Shown here piece by piece: positions 24,222 through 36,307 of a stretch of 64,000 nucleotides of DNA. A program made the translations under genes and the position numbers. This stretch comes from Podospora anserina. Lineage: Eukaryota. The notes under the pieces are model-generated. The model did not search any database, was not told the origin of the DNA, and worked only from the letters and a program-made list of their open reading frames with translations. Each line of letters begins with the position of its first letter. Position 1 is the first letter of the stretch. The stretch covers positions 744,001 to 808,000 of the forward strand of contig JAFMPO010000001.1 in the NCBI GenBank assembly GCA_017654855.1, in the 5' to 3' direction.

Positions 24222-25732
24222 ACCGACCGACTGCACACTTTGAGCTGCAGTCTTTTTTTGAATTTTTTCCTTGCCACCGGCAATGTCATGTACTCGGGCC
24301 GAAAGGCGGTTGGATGTGGTTGGAACACCCTACTTTCCGGCTTTCCTTCTCCCTGTCAGTGGTTTTCGGCGCCCGACACAGCTGCCACGTGTTGCTGCCC
24401 AACCACGAGACGGACAGGTTCCCAAAGTTCTGGGAACCCATAAGGAGAACACGGCGACGCCTCCTTGATCTGAGATGGTTGAGAACACGGGGCACCGATG
24501 ACGACGTTTCGCCTCTTATTTCCCTTGTGGAGTTTTCCGTGTGTTTTTTCATTCTTGTTCTATAGCTGGGCCCTTTTCTTGTTTTTCTTTTCACCATCTT
24601 GTCTACTTTAAAAGCGTTTTTCGTTGTGTCATTTGCCCTTTGGCTGCTATTATTATCACTACAGCGATTTCTTGTTTGTTTTTCTTTTTTTGGAAAGGAA
24701 CTAATCCGGGTCAGCATTGATTTAATGGACATGGCGTTTCTTTTTGTTTTCTCATCATCATTCATCACCAACAGACACTTGGCGAAAAGGGGGACAGGCG
24801 CACTCAACACACACTCTCACAAACGCATATGGAGGGGAATGGTTGGGTATGGGATAGGTTGTCGGCAGCATGATGACACGGGGAGTTTTTCCTTTTTTTT
24901 TTCCTTCTTTTTTTCTGACATCTATTTGGGTATTTCATCATGATCATGGGCATCTACGGTAGCATTTCTTGGAGCATTTCACGTTGTTTTTTACTCTTTT
25001 CTTTTTTTTCTTTTTGTTTTTGTTGGAATATGGGCTTGGATGGTGGTGGAATGGCGTGTTATGATGGAAATGGAAATGATATGAATTGGAGGAGGGGGAC
25101 GAGCTCACATGATGGGGATGATTTGTACTGGCATATATGCGTGGCTCTCACCAGGGGCTTTACTTTCTTTCTTGCACTCTAACCCAACTACTCTCCTCTC
25201 ACGGGGACGAAGGCAGTCACAGATAGACAGAAACGTCAAAGCATTTTCTTTTGTCGATACATATACAACAACTATACATACATACCAACACAACATTAAA
25301 ACATTCATCAATATGTTTCACGTTTTGGCATTTGCATGGAGTTGAGATGCGGTGATAGGTATATATGCATGTCTGGTGAGGAGGTTTTGGAAAGGGGTAA
25401 AAGGTGGATGATGATAGAATGATGGGTATATGATAGATAATTGCTGCAAAGACAACGGAAAGAATTAAACAGAATGACTTGGCCGCTTGTGTGTTCATCT
25501 CATGTTTGTGACAGGAACTTGACTGAGTGCTTGGGGTGAGTTTAAGAGCAGGTGCTCTGTGCTCTGTGGCTGCTTCCCAATTGGGAAGGCCAGAGTTTGT
25601 GTAAGTGCGCAGCGCTCGGCAGTCTCAAACTCAGACTCACACTCAACCCTTCACTCACTCACTTGCCCAATTGACTCCCAATTAACCACTGCACCAAACC
25701 CAGTTGATGAGCTCTTCAAAAACCGAGATGAT

Positions 25733-26434
25733 ATGCCAAGTTTTAAAAGCACGTTCAGCCAACCTAGACATGATCTAGTTCTATCAACACAGCAACACAA
25801 ACTCGCCCATAATGGAAACTATGCCCAACCCCAGCGCCTTGTGTACATCCATCACGAGGACAGGGTTGATAAAAAGACAAATAAATGTCAGTGGGTGAAG
25901 CTCTGTCTCGACCAAAAAATCACCCGAGAATTCTATCAGTCCTTTCCGCCAAAATCTGCAGACATCACCATCGCCATCGCCACCAAGAGAACCATCCGTC
26001 CATTCCCAAACCCCAAAAATCTACCTGGCGAGAACCCCTTCCGGATGCCCGAACCCGACACCAGCTCCGCCATCAACCACAGTGTGCGCATTGTTGAGAG
26101 CCAGACTCAACACCAACCCCCCATCTCCACCTTTCCTACATGGCCAGAAACCACATCCCCCAATGTTGAGCCCTATACCCCACAACAACATCCTCCAAGA
26201 AAATTCCCCCCATTCGTCCGGTGCCTTCGTAGTGTTGTAGATCCCCAACTCCCACGCAAGGTCTTCCCGATCGCGCTGACTCGTACGGCAAACCAAGTAC
26301 CTGTACCTTTCTTTGCTGCCCACCCCATCATCCATCATCCCCAAAATTTCCAAAACAAGGGGACCCTTGAAAAACGCCACTTTGTACACACACCCTTTCC
26401 GATTTCCCCTTACCCAGGGGCTTTGCTTGTCTGA
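25733..26434 (+). CDS. Possible orphan/hypothetical protein, convergent with FAS1
   Basis: A 291-codon open frame (25559-26434) with ATG at 25733. It is Pro-rich with no recognisable domain, and a 3' intron ending near CTGACACCCAG 26441 is possible. Confidence 0.3.
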   Translation: MPSFKSTFSQPRHDLVLSTQQHKLAHNGNYAQPQRLVYIHHEDRVDKKTNKCQWVKLCLDQKITREFYQSFPPKSADITIAIATKRTIRPFPNPKNLPGENPFRMPEPDTSSAINHSVRIVESQTQHQPPISTFPTWPETTSPNVEPYTPQQHPPRKFPPFVRCLRSVVDPQLPRKVFPIALTRTANQVPVPFFAAHPIIHHPQNFQNKGTLEKRHFVHTPFPISPYPGALLV

Positions 26435-26933
26435 CACCCAGAGTGCCCACAAGAGCCCAAGTTTCATGACATTTCATTGCGGGGAAAGAGACGTCAGCTT
26501 CTCGAAGCCGCCGTTGGGACTTTTGTAGGCGGGCCTCATGAGGTTGTCTATTGCTGTTGTTCGCCATCAAGGGGTTGCGAATAACTTCACATAGCAACAC
26601 AACAACGCAACGCAGCGCAACGCCAACACATTTTACGGCTTGTACCGCCCACAGGCTCTATTTCTCCTCTCCTGTAAAATCTTATGACTTCTAAAAACCG
26701 ATAAAAACCAAACCAAACCAAATTCCCAAAAACGCTCCGTTAAACCGCCTGCCCATACATGACACGCATTACAAAAATGTGCGGGTTCATCAAAGAGTAC
26801 AAGAAAAAATGTACAACATCTACAATGAGAAAAAGAAAAAGTTCCATGCAGCCATGCTTTGATAGAGAAACCGATTTTCCTTGCCATTTCCTTTTCACAT
26901 AATCGTCCCATCCACCCATTAGTTTAAATTCAT

Positions 26934-29900
26934 TTACGCCTCTCCTTGAAGGGCCGCGGCACCATCCTCAGAGTACTTCTCCCAGTTGGCCAGGATGTGG
27001 CCGATTCTGGGCGAGTTGGTCAGGCGGTACACATCCTCAAAGTACTCCTTGGTCAACTCAAACGGCTTGGCCGTCACGTTGGGGATGTACTTGCCAATGA
27101 GCTTGGCAGGGTCGATGGTGGTTTGCTTGATCTTCTTGAGCAAGAAACTCCTGAAGGGCTTGACACCAGACCGCAAGAAAGTAGAGTGGAAGGGCACGTC
27201 GATACCCTTGAGAGGGATGGTGGCGAACCCACGCTCGAGTTCCAGGGGCTTAGGCTTGGCTTCGGTCTCCTTGGCACACGCCTGGATGATCTCCACCAGC
27301 TTCTCCTTGACCATCTCGGGCTGGAAGTCCTTGCGCATCTGCTCAATGTCGATCTTCATGTGCTTGAGGTAGTTGGTAACGCCAGCGAGGGTGTCGAGGG
27401 CACGGAGGTCACCGGCGCACACATACTGCATGTTGGCGATGTTGAAGTTGACGATTTCCAAGAGCCAGCCGGTGCTCTCCGCAATGTTGCTGACCACGAA
27501 GCGGAGCGCCTCCTCGTTGAAGGTCTTGCTGATGCGGCTGGGGTTGACGGCGCACATGCTGTAGTTGGAGCGACCCTGCTCGTCACGCTCGACAGCGACT
27601 TGCATGGTCAGACCGCGGTAGAAGACGACAGAGACCAAAGACTCGATGGGCATGACATCTGCGAGAGCAGCCAGAGCAGAGTACTCTCCAAGAGAGTGAC
27701 CAGCAAAGGTGCTATCCCTGGGCACAAGACCCTTGGCCTTCATGTCCTCGAAACTTGCCTTCTCCATCAAGGTCAGGGCGGGCTGTGTGAACTGGGTGGC
27801 GGAAAGCAGACCCGTTGGTGAACGGTAGGTGTACGATGTGGTCTTCTCGTCGATCTCCTTGAAAATGCGCTCAGATCTGACGGAGCCATCGGCGGCAACT
27901 GTCTCGAAGGTCATGGCCATGTAGTTTTGACGGATGGCCTTGCCACGGGGACCACCGAAGTGAATGGTGAGCTCCTTGGGGTTGTTCTTGACGATGTTGG
28001 AGATGGCAAAGCCTGCAGCCTGTTAGTAACATGCCACACAGCGAGGCGAAAATGCAAAAGTGACACTTACCATAAGTATCCAAGAGGTAGTTGTCGGCAC
28101 GGTCCCAAACGTCCTTGGCAACAGGACTGCTGTTGTACAAGTCCATACCCATGCCTTGCTCCTGAGAACCTTGACCAGTGAAGACATAAGCCGTCACAGG
28201 CTGCTCAATCTCGGCCTCGCCGAGAAGGACCTTCTCCTCCGTCTCCTTGTTGCTGGCCTCGACCTTGATGATCTTGCGACCGGCAACCATACCGACGTGC
28301 TGCAGCTTGACATTGAGATCGTCATGGGGAAGAACCATGCCAGTAAGAGAAGCGTGGAAGCTGCGAACGCGACCAACCTTGTTCTCAGCGGCCCAGGTCT
28401 CAACCAAGCTGCGGACGGCAGCGCTGGAGTACATGCCGTGTGTGATGGTGCCGGGCAGGTTGGCATAAGCGGCAAAGACGCGAGAGACGTGAATGGGGTT
28501 GTAGTCACCAGAGACGCGGGCATAAGTCTCGTTGGAAGCAGGGGCGCGCAGCTGGAGAGGGGTCTTGCCGCTGAGAGGAATGGGGTTCTCAAAGTTGATG
28601 GGCTGCTCGATGGAAGATCCGTTGCGCTGGAGGTAGTCAATGACTGGGTTGCCGTGGGATTCACCGGCCTCGTAGTCGACGGTAGCAACCTGAATGATCT
28701 CCTTGGTGGGAAGCTCCACAAGAACCTGGCCACGGGTCTCCACGTGGCTGAAGACGTTCCTGTTCTTGAACCTGACCAAACTGTGCAGACGGAAGATCAA
28801 AGTCTGTCCAAGGAGCTCGATATCAGGGCTAGCATCGTCAAGAACAAACCACTGCTTGGAGCGAAGGACGGCGACATCCTTGGTGCTAGCGAGGTGCACC
28901 TGCATGGGCGTCTCGACCTTGCGCTGGAAAGTGTTCTCGAAGTCGTTGTAGACACCGCGGTACAGGAACTGAGAAGTGACCTCCATAACAGCTTGGCCAT
29001 CACGTGTGATGGTGCCGCACACTTCGACCATCTTTCCAGACTCTTGGTTGATGACGGCGTTGATCTGGGCGGTGGTGTGGACCTCATCGCCCTTCTTCAG
29101 AGGCTCGGCACCTGGCATCATGCGGAAGGCATTGGAGAGATGGACAAGCTTGAGCAGGTCACCGTCAATGGTGCGAGGGAAGATAGGCTTGGTGATAGCC
29201 TTCCAGCCAACGACAATGGCAAAGTCCATGGGGGCGTACATGATCTTCTCGGGTCTGTCGACGAAAGCCTCGCCGGTGTTGCCAACGGCATGGACGAAGT
29301 CGTTGATGGCCTCGCTGGTGATGACAGTCTTGCCGCCGTCGAACTTGCTGGTGACAGGAGCATCGAGATCAAACTTCTCATCACCAAACCATGCACGCCA
29401 GTAGAACTCCTTGATGTGGTTGTTGCGGTTCTCCATAACCTCGTGAATAGGAGCATACCCAGCTTCAGGGCGGTACTTGAAGCGAAGCGGCAGGGCGACC
29501 GACTTGCCAAGGGCAGTGGTATCCTTGATCAAGCTGACGACAATCTCATCCTTGCCATCAAGCTTGACCTCAATAACCTCGACATAGCGGTTATGGCGAG
29601 GCTGCTCCTTGACCACGATGACAGTCTTGGCAGGATCATCAGGGTTGGTGATCTCAACAAACAAGCCTCTGGCCGGAGCAAAGATCTTCTTCATCGGGTT
29701 GGTCTGGTACTTTTGCCCCTGAACAATGACCTCGGACCGAAGCAGGGCGTATCTCCAGTTGCGCTCAGTACCGGCAAGCATGTTGATCCAAGACTCAACA
29801 TCAGGGAGTTCCGTCGCCGGAGATGAGCTCAAGCGGTAGGTGTGCTTGCTGGCGTCAACAGCGATGGTGAGGCCGTCAATATCCAACGGAAGTGGCTTGT

Positions 29901-32900
29901 CAATGAGATCACCACCGAAGTACTCCACGGTGGGAATCTTGGAAGCATCACCGCCGTAGAGGTCCTTGGTGAGACCCTTGATGTGACCCTCGTGAATGTT
30001 GTCAAGAATCTCCTTGATGGGCTCGTCAACCTTGGTGGCGTGCTTAGCCGCCATGGGACCTTGCAGAATGCAGGTCCTGCCAACATCCTTGCCGATGACG
30101 GCACCAAGGTCCTCAGACTGCCAGAGAGAATCCTTCTTGAAGAAGAACTCGAAATCGCCGTCGAGAGTGGGGACGAAAGTGACAGGCTTCTGGCCACGAC
30201 GCTTGCACAGGAGCAAGAAGTGTTGAACATCTTGGGCGTTGATAAGCTGGGTCTCAGCATCAGGGTAGTGCGACAGGATACGCTCGACGGCAGCGAAGGG
30301 CTCGTCCAGGTCGGCATAGCTCTGCAAGTGAGATGGCTGGCCAGCAGAAGTGGTGAAGCGCTCCTCAAGACGGTGGATGAAGTCACCCGTGAGCTTGGCA
30401 TAGGATGGGTCGATCCAGCGCTTCTCATCCTCGACATAGAGGAGGGCAACCATGCGGCGCACAACCTCGCCATAGGTCATGTCCTCGAGATCCACAGCGG
30501 TTCCGTCCTTCTTCTGACCGAACCACACCTTGTGGAAGTCTTCGTTGAGCTTCTTGATGATATAGCCCTTCTGTTTCTTGAGCTCGACGAGGCGCTTCTC
30601 CTTGGGGAGGCTGAAAATCTTCTGGTCCATCTCGGCCCAGAAGAGAACACCGCGGGTGGCGAGCTTGTGGATGGGCTCACCCATTTCAGACATGACAGTG
30701 ATAACACCGCCAGCTGCTCCCTTGTAAGTGTTCTCCCAAGCAGCATCATCAAGACCTGGGGCATCGACGATGGCTTGCTTGGCAGCCTTGCTCGTGTGCG
30801 CTTCCTTGGCAACCATCATGCGGCTGCCGAACATGCAACCATCATATGGCATGGGGGGGTAGCCATACTTGGTGGACCAGTCACCGGTGAGGTAGGGATA
30901 GGTATCGTCAGCACCACCGAAACCGCTGCCAGCAACCAGGATGAGATTTTCCTGGCGGCGGATACGGCCGTACATGGTAAGGATGGGTGCGTGGAAATCC
31001 TCATACGAGTGATGACCACCACCTCTGCCACCAGTCCACTGGAGAATGACAGGGAAGTCGGGGTTGGCCTTGGCAATGTTGATAACGGCCTGGATGGCCT
31101 CACTGGAACCTGGCTTGAACGAGATGTGCTTCAAGCCAAGCGTCTCAATATACTCCTGAGCAACCTCGATGGAGGGAACACCGGCACCGATGGTCAAACC
31201 TTCAATGGGAACACCCTCGGATCTGAGCCTGCCAAGGAGCGGGATTTGCCAGCCCATAGCACGGGGGTTGACGTAAATGAGGTTGACAGTGATACCGCGA
31301 CCGGCAGGAATGGCCTGCTCGATCTTGTGGATAGCAGCGGTCATAGTCTTGGCATTGTAGTAACCGCCACCGGCCAACTCAATCTGATACCCAGCGTTCA
31401 TGGTGGCGGCCACGAAGTCCCAGGGGACGGTGGTAGGGGTCATACCAGCGACCAGAAGTGGCGGGAGACCAAGCAGTCTGCTCATCTTGGTGCTGACATA
31501 GGTCCGCCCGCTGGAAGTCTTGACGAGCTGAGGCCCATACGCCTTTACCCAATCAACAGCGTACTTGACAGCGTGCTCCTCATCACGGTCGAAGAGCTCA
31601 GACTTGTAGCCAACCTCGGGGACGGTCCCGCTGACGGTGCCAGCCAGGATGACGCGAACACCGGTGCCATCCTTGCTTCTGCTGGTGAGAACACCGAGGC
31701 CTGAGATACCTCCCGGACCAAAGTCCAAGATGTGGGTGGCTTGCGGGAAAACGGTGGCCTTCTCCCAGTTGACAACCTCGCTGGTGATCATGCGAACCAA
31801 AGCCGGGACAACATTGCCCTTGACAGAGTCACGAATGTCCTTTCCAGTGTTGGTGTCATACACAGCCGAGCCGAGTGACGAGGCGTCGATCTTGACGGTC
31901 TTGAGATCCTCGTCAATCAAGCTCGTGGCATCCTCCAAGTACTTGCTGTGGAAAGGAGCCGTGATAGGCAAGAAGCGGTTGACAAAGCGAACCTTTCTTT
32001 GCGTGTGGGGGATCTTGGCCTGGTCAATGCCGGTGGCAGCCTTGACCTTCCTGAGCTGAGCATTCAGACCGCAGAGGGACTTTGGAGGACCGGCAACAAC
32101 CACATTTCGGGGGCTGTTGATCAGGGCAATAGAGATGTGCTGATCGGCTGGCAGATACTGATTTGTGAGGTCAATGTGCTTCTGAACCTCGCTTTGGGGC
32201 AGATCGCGAACACTGAGCATAGGGGTGGGCACACCCTCTCCGTTGTCAACGGCATCCTGGAGCAGGGTGGGGGTCATAGACGTCTTGGGGAAAGCTTGCT
32301 GACTGCGGGCACCAATCCAGAAGAGAATGGTCAAGGCGGACTTGGAAAGCTCCTCAAAGGACTCCCACGAGTCGCAAGCCGCAGTAATGGCAGCCAAAAC
32401 GATACCCTGGGAGTGACCAGTGGAGCCAGTGACTCTCTCCCGAAGAATACCGGGGTGGAGGCCCAGGACTTTGCAGGTGACAGCGTAATGGGCCAACTGC
32501 ACGAGACCAATGAGCGGGAAACTGACAGGCGCTGAGACCATGTAATCCAGATCTGGTGTCGATTCGGGGTGGTGAAGCCAGTGGGTGATATCCAAACCCT
32601 TGCTGTACAGCTTCTCAGCGCTGGGGTGGCTGGAAAGTGTTTGAAGGAGCTCGGCGGCATTGGAAATGAGCTCGCCGACGAATGATGGGTAGGTGGTGTG
32701 CAACTCCCGGAGCTCATCGAAGTACTCCTCAATGTTGCCTTGTCCACCGAATATATTGTAGATCCGGGCAGCGTCCTCATCGGCAGCACGGAAAAGAGCA
32801 GACTGGTGGGACTTCATCGCCCTGTTTGTGGCAGATCTAGCAGCAAAGTAGCTGCGGATCACCTCCAACTTCTTGGCATCGATGCCCTCCAGGTTCGCGA

Positions 32901-33267
32901 CAAGCGCGTGGACATCGTTACCCCTGAGGAATGCTCTCTCAAACTCGTTAAGAATGAGCTTGAGCACTTCTTCATACGAGCCCTGTGCATCATCCTCGCC
33001 CTCGGCCACTTCGTTGGCAATGAAGCCCATAAATCTAGCCACCAGCTCCGGGATCGAAGATGGTTCATCGTCCAGAGCCAAATCGTCGGTAGGCGCAGGT
33101 AAGCTGGCAGTGAAACGGGTCTTGAGCTCGGAGGCATGGTAATGAAGGCCAGTGGGTATCAAAAAGACCGTCTCGAGAGAGCCGTGGGAAACTGTAAGGG
33201 GACGAAGCGAGGCCGACGATCTAGGTGTGACGGCGCCCGTCTGAGGGCCGGTCCCGGAACCGTACAT
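26934..33267 (-). CDS. FAS1: Fatty acid synthase beta subunit; exons 33267-28071 and 28012-26934 (~2091 aa)
   Basis: AT domain [27 protein letters not shown] and MPT GHSLGE. Intron 28070-28013 (GTAAGT...CTAAC...CAG) restores [11 protein letters not shown]. Confidence 0.97.
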
Positions 33268-36200
33268 TATGAAAGATATAGGGGTATCGTATCTAATAAA
33301 GAAGTGGACTTGTTGGTCTCTTATGAACTCCTGGGTCTTGTTAGCTTTCTGTTGCAAGCCAATGGCACCCCCCCCCCCCTCGTCTCGTCTCCAATTTGGC
33401 GGTGAGCCAGCCAGACGATCAAATCCAAAAAAAAAAAAAAAAAAAGATCACATACCAACACAACGATTTGGGAGAGTTCAAGAATCAAACTGCCTGCAAC
33501 AATTCGCTTTTCTGCGTCGAAAACAGCGAAGACAATGCTGACTGGATGGTGAGCAAACGAACTACTGGCACAGCACGAGGGGGGTGGTGGGGGAGGGTGC
33601 CATAGGTTGCAAGATAGGAGGCAGGCTTACAGGGACTGATGGGAGATGGCAGGTGGGAGAGGAGGGAGGGACTGGAATCCTAAGATAGACCTGCCCTTGG
33701 ATCGTTCGTTCGTTCGTTCGTGTCTTCTCAAGCCCAGGAGAGTGGGTGGGAAGTGTATTATCAGCCCAGGGAGGAGGGGCGGCGAGAGATGGCGGGGAAG
33801 GGCGGTGGCGGGGGAACAAGATCAATCTCAGGAGAAGGAAGCGGACGGAAAGGAAGGAGAACAGCAACCGGAGGAAAGCAAGCAGCAGTCAGCAGCAGTT
33901 TAGAAGCCCCTCGTGGTTCCCGGATCGGGTGGAGATGTGGATGTGGTCCCTCCACTGGTGTCGACCTTGGGGGATGGCAACGCGTAAAAAGGCCCAACGC
34001 AATTCGGCTGTCTCCCTGCGAATCCACGGCTGGCGGCTGCTTCGTCGCTCGCCAAAAAAAAAATTGGGATCTTGTTGGGGATGGCACGACACATCCGCAC
34101 CCAGATCCCCCCTGTCGACAGGACCCCTCGTTGTGTGCACTGTCTGGCACAGTGTACTTGTGGCGAGGCTTATGCAACCGCTTAATGCGCTGTACCTTGC
34201 CGAGCCTGAGATCCGGCCAACCCGCGAACAGAGGGTTCCACAGCGGCAACCCCACTTGGTCCACCTGTCACAGCGACGACCCCAATGTCCCACTTCTGCC
34301 CATCATGTATCGATACCTCCATCCGAACGTCCCGACGTATCCCGCCATCCACCAACCCCAGCAAACTTCAGCCCGCCACTGCCCACACAGATCACTGCCC
34401 TCGATAGCGGAGCGATAGGACGGAGCGGCGAGGGTCCTTTTGCCATGCATCCATTCTTCCGGAAGGCCTGGCTTTTCTTAGACCCGAGACTTTGTGTAGC
34501 GTCGAGAGCCTTCCTTCAGTTCGGGACATATGGGAGGGATCTCAAGCATCATCTTACAGATCTTGTTCATCATTGGGCCATGCCCCGAGTGCTTACCCCG
34601 AGCACGCCGACGTACCTGCGTTTTATCCCGTTGTGCCCGTACGTAGATCCGTGGCTCCGTGCTTCTCCAGGTTTTGGGGGTTCAAAGATTCTTCATTCAG
34701 CTTCCCATGGCTCCACCGTGAGGATGCCTGTCGAGGTCCACGGGGAGCCGGCAGTGCCGGTCTGGAATCTCCAGTTGATAACAACACCTCGCCGCAGGTC
34801 TGCCGTATCAGTCGGATCAACTGGAACATTTGGAACAGCATCCTACAAAGTCACATACTGGTCCAATGCCATCTTGAAGGCAGGGCCGGCACCTTTTTCT
34901 GGAATATGTGCTCATCCTTTTGAATTACGGGTGTCAGAGGAAGTCCCGGTTCCGTTGCCGAGAAGGTGCTTTAGTAGACGGACGCACCAGGTACTATCAA
35001 GACATGAGGTGAGAATAACCTACTTTGTAGGTCCGAATGTGGAAACTCTCTTTGCAGCCCAAGGATTCAGTGTGAACGGAACGCCAGGAGACAAGCTCGA
35101 CTGTAATTCTCTTCCGTTCGGGCAGTCCCCACGGCCAACCACGACATTCCACACGATCGTGTGTGAGCCGATGTCAACTGAATTGTAGCCCACGTGTTTA
35201 GGGCCCAAAGGTTCAAAATAGTGGATGGCAAACATGCATCAAGGGATGATGATCTGGTCGGACAGCTTTCTCCGCTTGCGCCGCGACCATCTGTAGCCAT
35301 CTGATATCTCCAGATCTACAGGGACTCTACATGCCGGAGACAGAGGTACCATGCGGTGCTGCTGTACCACTACCAGATTGATAAATTTGCAGAGCGTGTC
35401 AGCCAAGGTCCAAATAAACGATAAACAAGCCTTTGATGGCTTACAATGCCCTGGCAAGGCATGATTGGCATCTGGCAGAGGAGCACACACGGCCGAGGTC
35501 TATCCGGATCTCCGGGATCATGACGCCATGCAGTGATGAGGCTCAAGGCTGAAACGGTCCGACAGGCGTGTCCGAAGTATCCAGGACACGGAGCACAGTC
35601 GTCGAGTCTCGGGTCTTGTCCTTTTGCTGGTTGCTTGCTCTCTGCTTTTTGGTCTCTACCGGGAGACATTGGGCTGCGGTGAAACTCGGCGGTGACGGCT
35701 GTCGAGCGGAGGTATCGAGACTTCGGTCGCTGTCTGCTCCAAACACTGTGGGGTAGCTAGTGAGAGGTGCGCTAGGCTGAATCAGGTTAGGTCCAGAGTT
35801 TGGTTGAGAAGCAGCTTGCAAGGTGCGCCAGCGGCATGGGGGGGCACTCCCATTTGCAGGGGTCTGCCGAGCCCAAAATTCATTCAACAGTTGCACCTTG
35901 AAGACGCGGTAGCTCCCAATTTTTTTGTCTATTGCCCCCGGTCTCATGACTATCTTGTCATTCCAGTTGCCCCCCTCTGTCAAAAGTCTGGGTTCCGCAT
36001 CCCCGAAGCCCCTTGCGTGGAACGAGCTGGGTCCGTCTTAATCTTCATCTCTCTTCTTCTCAGGCACGCCCTCGCCTGTTCGTCCAACCTTTTTCCCGCC
36101 CCTCCTCCCCTCCCTCCACCTCACCAACTCGGCGACGGCATCGACCCTCCCACTAATCTACCACCACCACCAGCATCACGCCAATTCTCCCCCCCGGGTC

Positions 36201-36307
36201 TCACTGGGAACGGTTCATGACCACCGCTTGTTCATAGAAGATACCCCCTACGATATTCTCTTTCTGCTTCTTTTCTTCCCAAGTTACGTTCCAGCAGCCC
36301 CTCCAAG
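33268..36307. promoter_or_regulatory. Shared divergent intergenic region of FAS1/FAS2 (3040 bp) with poly-C (~33367), poly-A (~33427) and (CGTT)n (~33703) tracts
   Basis: The start codons at 33267 (-) and 36308 (+) are head-to-head. A divergent FAS alpha/beta pair is the known arrangement in filamentous ascomycetes. Confidence 0.7.

Noticed and set aside
35243..35310. ATGATGA...CTGA box C/D-like pair
   Set aside because: It is short, has a weak terminal stem, and has no rRNA-complementary guide that I could recognise.
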